Assembly: GCA_000934665.2 (NCBI GenBank)
Contig: KZ538020.1
Coordinates: forward strand, 124,001-188,000
Direction: 5' to 3'
Source of the DNA: Catajapyx aquilonaris
Taxonomy: Eukaryota
Length of the DNA: 64,000 bases
This document shows positions 39,001 through 51,000 of the stretch, in pieces (positions within the stretch are counted from its first letter, which is position 1; the number at the start of each line of letters is the position of its first letter). The position numbers and the translations under genes were made by a program. The notes under the pieces are model-generated. The model was not told the origin of the DNA, ran no database searches, and saw nothing but the letters and a program-made list of their open reading frames with translations.

Positions 39001-41648
39001 CCCGTCACGACCAAATACCCCCCCTTTTCTCCCCGCAAATCTCTGGCAGCCGCACCTCTCTGCTAACCTGATTTGGCGTAATTGCCGAGGAAAGTTGTCC
39101 ATCCCGGCGCACATATTGAATGGTCCTTCCCCATTTCCTTGGCTTCCTCTTCGATTGCTCCCTGGCAGGAGGAGAAGCAGCAACAAGAGTCCCCTCCCAC
39201 CCACCCAACCAAGGCCTCCCTCTCCCCCGCCACCCCCCCTCAAAACTAGAGAGGCGGTTGTACAGCTTTCAGATCCACGGTAATTATTGACGAATTATGG
39301 AAACTGCGTTCCTCGAATCGATAAGATGTGAGGGGGGTAGGATGTGGGACGGGGAGGTGGAGAGAGGAGGAAGCTAGAGAAATCCTTTACAATTCATGAA
39401 GCAGGCGACATAGCTTTATACAGAATCAAACGGGATTGTTCGGTCCAAGGGATGTCTGGAGCTTGGGTGACGTCAGAGTGTGCCTGGGGAATTTCAACCG
39501 GCACGTTCGCACTCGGTACTGCTCGGGACAGGAAGTTTGGGCAAAGGTGTATTAACCAATATGATGATTAGAATAATTTAGCATTTTTTTGTGCAAAATT
39601 GTCATATGCATATAGGGCAAACTGCTGATTTTTCCAAAGGTGTAACCAACTGTTGCAGCATGCTTTGGTGTTTCTTCGTAATGTCAGCGATTTTTCCGTT
39701 TACTTTGGTTCCTATATAATAATAAATTATGTATAATTGAATGCAAATTGTTCATCGAATTGTTATGCTGGATTTTGACTTTACTTACTGTTTTCCGGAG
39801 ATAAATATGAGAATAGTGTCTGGGTGCTTAGCGATTCGTGAGGGAATTGAGGTAGGTTTTACTTGTTTTTTTGTTGGCAGTAGGTAAACAGATAGCTCGT
39901 TTTTGTGCAATGCAGATTTTTTAGTGGCAAATAATTTTTTTATTTCACCCTGAAGCAAAGAGCTTGGTAAATTTTTATGTGACTGACAAAACAGTACCTT
40001 TGTTTTTGTTGCAATGCATTTTCCTGCATTGCAAACTACGCGACTGTCAAATTGTCCAAGCTTTTTGCACAAAAAAATAAAAACAGGTCGCTGCTTTCAA
40101 TTTGTCATTTTCGACAGAAGAATTTGTGCGGTGAAAATCATGCCGAGTATCTGGGACATCACATCACCGTGTTCAGTTGCATATTAGGCCTACATGGTAT
40201 TGTCAAACTATACAGCATCTTTCGACATGACGATTCACAGCGATAATGTAGGCCTATATTGACATGGGGGAATTAATGAATGACTTATTTAACGGGTTTA
40301 GCCGAGTCACTTTTCTACGATGGTTTGCAGTGTCCTGTGGAACTTATAGCGATGAGTATCTAGGATTCCGTGTTATGCAAGATGCTGCGTATAAATTTGC
40401 GCATCGACTGGCGAGATTTTACTGGGGGTCTGAAGCCGAGGTGAATTAAACAGATCGGATCTTCAAACACGTAAGGGAGAACTTGCGCCTCAACATCTCT
40501 TAATTACTTCATTAAAAGGAATTCCTAATTCACTATCGAGTTTGCAAACGTTTTCTGTGTGCAGATGATTACTTTGTTATTCCTAAAGTAAGCAGCAATG
40601 TTCGGAAATGAACACTTAGCATAATTAACGTGCTGTGTGTGAGGGATTGAGGCTTGTTTTTAAGGTTTCTGGGAAGGTTGCTACTTAAGCCGCTTCTTAC
40701 CAACCCTTCTTCAGCCGGACCAATCTGCAAGCTTGTATGGTGAAGCCAGCCTTCTTGATCTTTTTCGCATGTGTATAATGCTGATGCGAGCTGATACTGG
40801 ATCGGTGGAGAGTGACCGCAGTGACCCCAACCCCCAACCGTTCGAGTTTGAAGCTGTCTAATGCCTTTGTCAATAATATTTATGATATTGCTCTTGGAGA
40901 TTGCCGGAATCTGACGGCGAGCACAATGAAAATCAATTGCAAACACTTGCAGGAAGCGCGTCCCTATTGGATCCGGCGACTGCCAAATGAAAAAGGCGAT
41001 AGAGTTCTGCTGAAGAGTGATTTGTTTCCCGCGCGGTATATGAATACTTTGCCCTGGCACAATCTATAGACTGGGCCATGATTTATGTTCACTCGCTGCT
41101 TCGGAATGAACCCTGCGGGAATAAATCACTAAATGGGAGAGTTTCCAATAAAACGCTTCGTGCTGAAGGACTATAGGTTCCGTCCCTCGTCTCTTTACAT
41201 ACAAGAGAAGGGAAAGTGGGGGGTGGAGGGGAGGTGGGAAGGAATCCCCCTCCCTCCAACGAGCCTCTGATACGGGTCTCCAGATGGCAGCTCCCTCCCG
41301 AGGATATACCATTCTGCCTAAACCCGCCTTGCTTATTCCAATCAGCCGAAAGGAGGATGATTTATTTCTGCCTCCGATCCTATCTGCGAATGCCAATTAT
41401 TCCCCGCCAATTGCTCCATTCCTCCTCCGGGTCGAAAACCACAGTGTTCCAGCCAGATACGCTCTTGCGCTCGTTTCCAGACTGTTCCAGCAGTATCATC
41501 CGTGACAACTGCCAACTATCGCAATTGAAGGGAGACATTTTTTCGGGAGGTAAATGCGCGCAAATGACCGGAAAATGCAGGGTGGTGCGTTGCAGTTTTG
41601 ATGCCAAATTTGAACTGGTGCAGGAAGGTAGGTGGTGTTGATGAAACG

Positions 41649-41702
41649 AAAAGTGCATTGAAAGCCTCCAAATTGTAATTTGGCGGCTTTCAATGCACTT
41701 TT
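41649..41702. repeat. Inverted repeat, 26-bp arms (1 mismatch), 2-nt spacer
   Basis: AAAAGTGCATTGAAAGCCTCCAAATT-GT-AATTTGGCGGCTTTCAATGCACTTTT. Confidence 0.92.
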
Positions 41703-41714
41703 AGCTTCAAGCTG

Positions 41715-42066
41715 CCATGCAGTTGCCTTGGCAGGACCGTTTACTATTTTATTTTATGTATTGCTTATTTCTAAATCAATTTAAGCCTAGAGCATCATTT
41801 TACGTGCGATTAGAGAAAAAAAGCAGTTGCCTCAGTGGCATGACTGTTTACTATTTTATTTTATGTACCGTATTGCTTATTTCTAAATCCAACAATGCAA
41901 TGCATTTGTAAATTAATAACTATTAATTTACAAATGCATTGCATTGTTGGATTTAGAAATAAGCAATACATTAAATAAAATAGTAAACAGCCATGCCAAG
42001 GCAACTGCATGGCCTGCAGGTGCTTTTTTCTCTAATCGCTCGTAAAATGATGCTACAGGCTTAAAT
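41715..42066. mobile_element. TTAA-flanked foldback element (41780-42066) plus an upstream partial duplicate of its arm (41715-41778)
   Basis: TTAAGCCTAGAGCATCATTTTACG... / ...CGTAAAATGATGCTACAGGCTTAA. Perfect 49-bp inner arms (41870-41918, 41921-41969). GCAGTTGCC...ATTTCTAAATC is repeated at 41719 and 41823. Confidence 0.85.
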
Positions 42067-44741
42067 AAGTGGCGTCATAATTGGTTGTCTGCGGTGCATG
42101 ACACCGTTTTGAATGGAATTGTGAACCCCCCATACCCTTTTGAAATAGGCGTCCGGAAGACTTCACCTACACCATCGCAGATGCTTTTCAAGCCTCTTGT
42201 GTATTGACTGACCGCGGAATTACATGGGCGGCGGACATTGGACCAGCTGTTGTGATATTACCTCACACAGGCGTAGCCCGGTCTTGAGGCGTCCTTTTAT
42301 GCCGGAGCAACAGGGCAGTTTATCGGGCGTCATTGTGAGACGTCGTCTCTTTTCAGGTGTGCACAAAAGCCACTAGATGGCCGCCTTACCCTCAGGTGAC
42401 AAGTTCTCCTACAGGACTTATGACGCTCACTTAGTTTGAATTCTGCCCTTAACAAGTTTTTTCCCCCTCCCCCTTTTTTCATTTTTTTTAAAAGAAACTT
42501 TCCCTGATCAAAGCTCCTGCTTCTTGGGTGAAAAACGGCTGACATTCGCGCATCAAAGAATCCGGCGTCACGATTGGTCAAAGCTGGGGGCTGTATTTCA
42601 GCGGAAATTGGTGATGAGACATGACGTTTTGTGAGGAACTGGAAGTGACAAATCTGCAGGCGCGACCTGCTGGAGGCTTGTAATTGCGGGTCTCTGACAC
42701 CCGTATATGCGCTGGAATGACAAAGCATGTCAGGTACTCGGAGCTGTTACCTGTTCTTGATTCGGTATGCTGTGATTTTTTGGGGCCCGGGTAGATTTGG
42801 TTTACGAATGCATGGTCATCCGCATGGCCAAATTGAGCCGCCGGCACTGTGAATGTCAGTTAAAAACTGTTCTGACAATTTAGTGCCCCTCCTGGCCCGT
42901 CAAGGGAAGAACTTGAGTTGTGAGTTTCGTTGTTGATTTTCACGTGAATGCACGAGAATTGGCATGTTGAGGGGAGAGGGATTGGTACAAGAATGATATG
43001 AATACTGTATAAGCAGAAGTACTGTAACATGAATGGGTCGCTAGGAGGCCTATATGCTACTTTACATATCGTGGGCATACGGGAGAAATCCATGTCCAAT
43101 TTTGGAAGTATTTACACCACTTATAAGTAGCATTTCATCTGCTCTATCGTCTGGCGAAGTCCATTTAGACCTAAAATTCATAATGAACCAGCAATCCCGG
43201 ATTTATATTTTCATTAGCATGTAAACAAGTGAAGGGTCAAATATTGGCTGGTTTGTAGGACCAAGGCATAACTTCTGAAAAATGGGATTAGGCGACCCTA
43301 CCCCTCCACTCCACACCATACACCCTAAGCGATCTGATTGGTGGAGAAGAGGGTGGGGGGCCTCTGATCCACCAATCAGATCGGTGGTTACAGTGCGGTA
43401 CAAAAGAAATGCTATTTTGAAACCCTACCGCAGAGGTCGAAATCTTTAAGGCATGCCTATTTTTTGAGGTGTGAGTACTGTACGAGTACATTGGGATGTA
43501 ATGATATATTTGTAATGTAAATATTTTGAGAGAGGTTGCAAACTATGATGTCCCCTCAGGGGTATACGGTGTTATTAGGCGCCACGGATGGGTATCGGGA
43601 ACATGCGGGGAGAGCCCAAATGGAATCAGACTTTTGCTGGCCATTTTTCGGCGGACCCATTAGGGCCGGGTCTCGTGGGGGTGGCCCATGTCGGCCTGCC
43701 TGCCAGCCTGGTTGATGGGTGAGAGAGAGGTAGGAAAGGAAAGCGCCTTGAGGTGGGCCTAATCCGCCTAATATCGCGTCCATGTCAACAGGGGCAGCTT
43801 ATTGGCCTCCCCCGCGCGGCGGCCCCGCATCCATTTTCCCCGCCCAAATCCAATATGAGTCTGTCTAACACAATTTAGATTGAGCGCCAGCATTTGTTTC
43901 CCAACACTTACTAAATCGGTGATTTTTCTTTCCGGCCAGCGGGCTTTCCCAAATTGCATTTCTGTACATTTTTTTCAAAGTCCCAAATTGGCGATTTTTC
44001 TCCCACTGAGGGGGGATGGTGGGAGGGAGGACGGAGGGGGAATTGCATTATCAAACTAGTCGCGGCGTTCAGGGCGCCTGATCAAGACAAATACCGATAC
44101 ACTGTCTATAGCGCGCGCGGCTTCATTTCGCACCGCCAACCAGCCCGCATTTGTAAAGCTCTTGCCGCCGCGGCTTTCACTTGTCTCCTTTTCCCCAGGA
44201 TGGAGGGAAAGAGGGGGTGGAAAAGTGGGGAGGCGAAAAAGAAGGAAAAATTGAGAAGGAGGAAAAGGAGGCCGCCACATTTCTCCCTATAGCTTTCTTT
44301 TCACTTGGCCGTTTTAACTCCCTGTGACCAACTTTATGTTCCCCTGAGCCCCTGCCAAAGATGTCATTCGGAAATTATGGCCACTTCGGCCTTTACACGC
44401 CGCTTCTTCCTTCACGCTACTCCTTCATTACACTCCAGTCATGGATCCGCCTACAAGTTCGGATTGGAGAGTAAGTAGGAGGATACAATGAGGCAGAAGC
44501 GAAGAAATGACGGTGGAGAGCGTAAAAGTCGCTTTACGAACGGTTTGTTTGCCAGGAAGGGAGAGTATAAACGATGGCCATGCTTCATCTTGTTTGCTGG
44601 TTGAAATCGGACGGTGATGGGTGTTGGTCACCACTTGCATCGCTTGTTCGTGATGCCGTGCGAAATGTGTTGGTATTCAGCGATCCGCTAACCATTCCAT
44701 ACACCATATGCAGTTCATGTTGCTTTACTCTGCTACGTTGG

Positions 44742-44780
44742 TTTATTTATTTATTTACTTATTTATTTATTTATTTATTT
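44742..44780. repeat. (TTTA)n microsatellite
   Basis: Direct reading. Confidence 0.93.
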
Positions 44781-47500
44781 GTAGCGCGCTCTATGATTGG
44801 CGGATAGGGAAAGAGCGGCGTGTTGTGCATAGAGAGCAAATTTTGATAATGGTACCGAGAGCTCCCATACACTCGAGGGCCTTGATTGGTGGAGGGCTGC
44901 CGGATGACGACGGGGGGCTTTTGAATCTCCGCCCGGGAGAACAGAGCAAGTGGAGAGCCACCCTGCCAATTGACACTGGAGCGCACTTTTCAGTTATCGA
45001 GAGCCGTTGTGCAGCGATCTGGCGTGAAATGTGGTCGTGTTTACAGGCCCATCTTGTAAATAGGTGATGAGTCGCGGGAGTAAATCCGCGCCGCCCAATT
45101 GGTCCTGACAGCCAGCCACAAGTGCTCAGGCGAGCACCGCATGCGAGGACCTCCGCTATATACGCCGAAACCACATTCACTGCTATCGCCTATCGCTACA
45201 CGTATCTATGCGCATATACGGAACGCGGGCGAAGAGGGTGTCATATGAAGCAAGACATGCCGTTCCAGGTTGCTGGCATATACTGGTTATGAATATACCT
45301 GTCCTATATGGATTGCTGTTCTGAACTAATAGTGAGCCATGAGTAAATAAAAATCAGTTCAATTTCTGCGTACAAGTAATAATGGTGAGTTTTATTTCTA
45401 CACCATGCAAATGAAAGTGTGGCTTACTTACACTGCGACTAGAGGCTGGAAAGTACCAATCAATGCGGCTATCATGTTGGGTTTCACTCTGCAGTTATTA
45501 GCAACTCCGGAAATTCATTAAAAGTGAGAGCGGTTAAGAAAAAGGAAAACTGCAAACTAGGGATGCCGAGTATATAGGTCGAGTGCCAGGATGCGTAGCC
45601 GAATCGTGTTATACGGCATCCATTAATGAGCATTTTGTGGCCGTATGAGGGGCATGACCAACTTCAGGAAAACATTTCTGTTTGATTTCCCGAGGGCTGT
45701 CATGATTAATGACATAAATTTTCACCCGGGTAGCTGATACATGGACTTGGGTGTACGCGTATGTCAACAGAAGTTTCGCCACGGCGACCACGCCCGTATT
45801 ATGAATTTTACGTCTCTATAGTATATTGCGTTGATTGATTTGGAAGTAAGTCAGCCGTGCATTATAAGGCTTTGTAATCGGTAGCCCTGAATGTTGGGAG
45901 TGATTGGAATACGAGCACGTAAGATTTGAATAAGGGCCTTCCCTTTTTCGGAAGTATTACGCCTGCTCTTTTTCATCATGTTATTTGAATAGGAGACAGT
46001 TAATTTTATGGGCGAGCGGATGGCCGCCATAAGGCAGGCCGTAATGGCAGGCCGACGACTATTTCCTTCAGACGGCAATCGCATTTTTTCAACCTTTTCA
46101 TTGTGTCAACATACGATAACAGTTTTCAAAAGACGTGCCGGCGGGCAATTAGGACGATATTGCCACTGCTTCCACCCTCCATTTTAATATTTGGCGATAT
46201 ATGCCCCACTTTCAACATTCCTTCTTCTAGCGTCCCTCTCGCCATCCATCGCCTCAAGACGCGGGCCTGGTCGTAATGTCAGATTGTGTACTCGACGAGA
46301 AACATGGCGTAAGTATGCTCCCACAGGACCTTATTGGAGTTGCATAGTTCGAATCACCGAAAGATGACCGGTAGATTAAAATGATATGTGAAATGCACAT
46401 TTTGTGATTTTTAAAGGCTTCTGTAATTGACGCTGATTTACTGTGTGGCACAGCAGGGAAAACTACAGTACTGTCTAATATCATCATTTTATGCGAAATA
46501 CGAACTTATCTACCGATGCAAATCGACATTTTTTTTATTGACATAACTTTCAGTTTGCAGTACAGAGTAAACAGGATAATGTAACACATTAATCTGTAAT
46601 GTTTACATCCTGGTAAACGAAAATTATTCGCATTAGTTATACTCGTGATAATGTAATTCTTTTACGGATATGAAAGATACAAGGGTGCCGTGATTTGCTA
46701 ATTTGTTCTTCAGGGAAGCTGTGGTGTTCGGCGTCAAGACGTCACATTCTCCGGAGGTTTTTAAGGATTTAAAAAAGCAAGACACACTGCGTAGTTCACA
46801 CTATGAAACCAAGCAGTTTTATTTCGTGTACTGAATTCTATTTGTGCCATCTTTGTGGAGAATCGTAAACAGCTGAGATTGATTACGGGCCTGCGAAATT
46901 TTCCTGTATTTATTGCGTATATGCTACATAATGCACTGATTTTGATTTTATTTATTATCATTTATGAGCAAACATAGGCCTGTGTCGTTGTGAACATCGT
47001 TCGTGCAAAAGTGTCTGGATGGGCTTTAATTTCATCTGATTTCTACAAAGTAATTTTGAATATTTTTCCTTTCATTCTGCTAATAGTAGCATCCCGTGTT
47101 TCATCCAAACTGGTTTAGCAAGAGGAAGTGCATTTGACTATGCTCGGATTAAGAGTAAAAGTGACTAAACCTGTGTACTACTAGTGGCTTTATGTCGTTG
47201 AATATTACATACCGGTATACCGGCATAGTAAATGGCATATACACCCAGGTTTAGAAACGTGCAGTGCATGGGTGTAGCGCGTAATGCTATATAGATAACA
47301 GATGTAAAATGGATAGCTGTTGGCAAAGGCGGGTCGAGGGTCAACAAGCCGTTTATTCAGCCCTCGGAGCATTTAACGCGTTTTATATATACCTGAGCCC
47401 CGCATCGTATCTATCCATCCGTTTTCCCATGCTTGTAGCTATACTGTAAACGTAGGAAGGTGTGCAGCAGCGGCAGGGGAAGTCACCCATCCGTCAATTT

Positions 47501-47558
47501 CTATCCATCCATCCGTCCATAGGCCCATCCATCCATCTATCCATCCAGCCATCCATCC
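47501..47558. repeat. Degenerate (CCAT)n microsatellite
   Basis: Direct reading. Confidence 0.85.
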
Positions 47559-48010
47559 CTCTGCCGTCCAGTCCTGGGGGCCGCCCCTGGTGCCCGGCAG
47601 GCCCCCGAAAAAGAGAGAATGACAACAGCCCCAAGGGAGGCGCCCAGCTGCTGCCCTTCCTGTATCCTCAAGGGATTGTGTGTGGCTCTGTCCATGCGTG
47701 TTGTCACGTGATATCTGCATATGCCCTATAACCCTGGCCTGCCCCTGCCCCTGCACCCGCATTTATGCTTTTCACATCACTGCGCCCAATTCTCACTGTT
47801 CTGCCCTCCGCACTTTTCTGCTTCGTTTATCTAAAACAAACATGTCAACAGTTTAGGAGCTTCATTGCGGGCCTCATACAGGGGGGCAACAAAAGTTTAT
47901 TTATCATGACGTCCCTGCTGTTATTTACGAAATATGCTGGCGATGCTGGGGTCAGATGGCATAAGTCACCATTCAAAGATTTCACGCATGGTGCGTGAGC
48001 GGTTTTTTAC

Positions 48011-48094
48011 AGGCCCATTCACACAACCACTAATTTTTTTTACAAGGGAGCTAAAGCTGACTTTGGAAAAAGAAGTGGCTGTGGGAATGAGACT
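48011..48094. mobile_element. Small degenerate MITE, PIF/Harbinger-like (copy 2)
   Basis: AGGCCCATTCACACAACCACT ... AGTGGCTGTGGGAATGAGACT imperfect TIRs. Shares its 17-bp start with 5492. Confidence 0.55.
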
Positions 48095-51000
48095 TCTTTA
48101 CGTCTCCCTGCAATCCGTATATACAGTACGTGCTCCAGCTGAAAAGGGTTTGTAATTTTTAGGAAGTGCGGCTTTGTTCCTGTATGTCTACATGGTTGCA
48201 TTTATACCATCTGGGCATAAATGCGACGCTTGATATTTCATGTAAGATACTTTATTTTTGCGATGCGATATGAGGAAGTAAAGGAATTTCTGATTACCAT
48301 GACGTCGTGGAGTCTTACAAGAGAGTTTTCTTGGTAAATGGTCTTCCTTGCACGAACACCATTTTAAAGCATTAATGGATTTATTTTCGCGCATCTAATT
48401 TTTACGACATCGTAAAGGGTTTTATGCAGGTTATCACAATTTTTTCTCACAACCTTTCTACACCAGTTGATTGTTTCTGAGGTGGACCACCTAGTTATAA
48501 GGTGACCTTCCTATATGGGCGTGGCATCTCCATTAACCCATGTCGTTTGTTATGCAGATGTCTCCATCTAGTCGGTATCATGCCGACTTCCCTTAGCAGC
48601 TTCTTGGCCACTTGTAAGAAAGCTCTTGGCGGGAGGCTATACTCGGAGGGTGTTGGTTGTAAGAGGAAGGGTTTGCCAAGATGACTAGTTTGCAGGCAAC
48701 GTCCCATGCCGGGCAATCCCGGAGGCCCGGAAATTTTCCGGGTGGGTCCCCGGCGAATCGGAATCTTGAGCCGGCGGCTGGTTGCTCCTTGCGGCGCCTA
48801 ATTATTTCAGAGCTACGCAGATATTCTCTTTGGAAACAAAGTGAAGGTGACTTGGAAGGCCCCTTGAGTGGCGGCCCAGCCGCTCCTCTCATTGCCTGAA
48901 CAAACACCAACGGCTTTGCTTTGCCTACTGCCTGTTTGCCCTCTGCTGCCTTCCCACGGCAAAGGAATGTCCTTCCGTCTCCCAAGAAGTGCGCCGATAA
49001 GTTTTCTCGCCTAAAAATAAGGGCCGTGTCCATCCGCCTTGTTTGCCCACGTTGCATACTCGTCTTATATGCCGCCGTCTTAATTTCACAGCACTCGGGA
49101 ATACTAAGCAGACATCTCAACATCTTGGCCTTTGTCTCGCCTTCTCGAGTCCCCGCAACTCACTTAAGACATTAGGCTGAAGACAACAACCATTCACAGC
49201 TACTTCACTTAAACAAATGGCGGGCAAGATGCAAGCAAGGAGCCTCCGCGACTTGTTACTTCTCATGCGTCTGACCGCGCAACTTTCCCGCCAAATTGTT
49301 TGCTTGTGTTTTGTCTGCTGTCCAGAGTTGACTTGCCTCTTCAACAGCCGGCCCTTCCTGGAAACATACACACTTCTGAGTGGGGATAAAATTGGGGATT
49401 TTCCTCCGTTAACATAGCTCACGTGCTGCCCTACCACTGTGAAAGGCTGACCACCACGTTGAAACTTGCACTTCCCGCCAAAATGTGTTTTGAACTCAGG
49501 GACCACAGAGGACGGCTGCTTGTCTTTGTTTTAGTTGCATCTCTTAAGACCATTCAAGTGTTTTTGTGCTCGAAACAGTTGAGTTCTTGTTAAAGATAAA
49601 ATGCAGCATCTGTATATATTATGTTTGAAATATGACCTATGATTTATTTATGCTTGAATGGAAAGTAATCAAACTTTGAACTATAGAATTTATCAGAACT
49701 TCTAGCCCAAAATATGTTCAGATGCAGATGCAGTTGTGAATATGGCATTTCCTTAGAAAATGCAGTGGTTTCATTTGATGTAAAAAAAAATTGAGCTGCA
49801 GTTGATACCATATAGTTCTCCTCCCCCTGGATATAACCCTTCCGCAACCATCTCTGTATGTTTTTACCCAGTTTTTGACACCGTATTTCGGCGTAAATCG
49901 AGCTCCCTTGCCCCGCAGCTCTGTAATGGCGGTTCGGTGGTATCACGTGTCACGATCCCGGTTTATCGTTTTATCAATTGTATTTTTTTGTGACCTGGGA
50001 CACATGTCTGGCGTGGAGAAGAGCAGCTGTTGCGGCAGTCACATTGATAAGCAATGCCATTTCAATATTTCATTCCGGACACATCGTCACTGTGGCTAAT
50101 GAAGTTAAGTGATTTGAGTTGCTGGCGGCGGACTTTCACTCCCGGCCTCCGATTTTGCCAATTTTGAATCCGGAGCCTAGGCGATACAATTATGCGCAGG
50201 GCTATTCGCGGTAATAAATATATGGCCACATACGGAGCCTGAGCCCGGGCTCTGATTATTTTTTCATTATTTTGCCTATTTCATATTTTTTTCATAGCGT
50301 CGCGCAGATAAATTTTCAGGTTATAATGTTGGGATGGTTACTGCAGTGTTTCGTTATTGCGGTGTCAGTTATTTGGGTCTGAACTAATTGTGTGCTTGTA
50401 ACCGTTTATTAGAGAATGCAAGTAGTTATTGTTTATTAGTATTTAATCACGAAATTTATGCGCGTAGTGCGGGTGATTCTGCGATAAATGGCTGGGATGG
50501 CACTAGTTATTTTCCGGTAACTGCATTTTAGTGGTGGAGATGCGACATTACATGCATATACAGTTTTGCCTCCCATTTCAAAAGAATTACTTCAAGTTAG
50601 CATCGAGATCATTGGACTACTGCGACATCGCATTTCATATTAGTTTTTTTGTGGTGTAGAAGTCGATTTGGTTGGGACACAAAAAGAGTATGCGATTCCA
50701 AGGCAGGTCCTATAGAATTGCGGAAGAAGCCGGTCAGAAGGAATATAAGAAGGGAATAAATTAGATAAACAGAGGAAGAATATATATGGAGCGTGTAAAG
50801 TGCGGCTGGGCGGGAGCAGCAGGCCCTTTATCCAAATTTGACATAATATTTTGTGCGGCGAAGAGGGTTTTTGGGGGGAGGAGGGTTTTTGGGTAGGGGT
50901 GGGGAGGAGATGGGGAGGACGATGCATTACTCGCCAGCAAAATTTCTGCGGCCTCTTGCTCCGCGTCCGATTCGCCTCCGAACCTATAAATATGCAGCGC

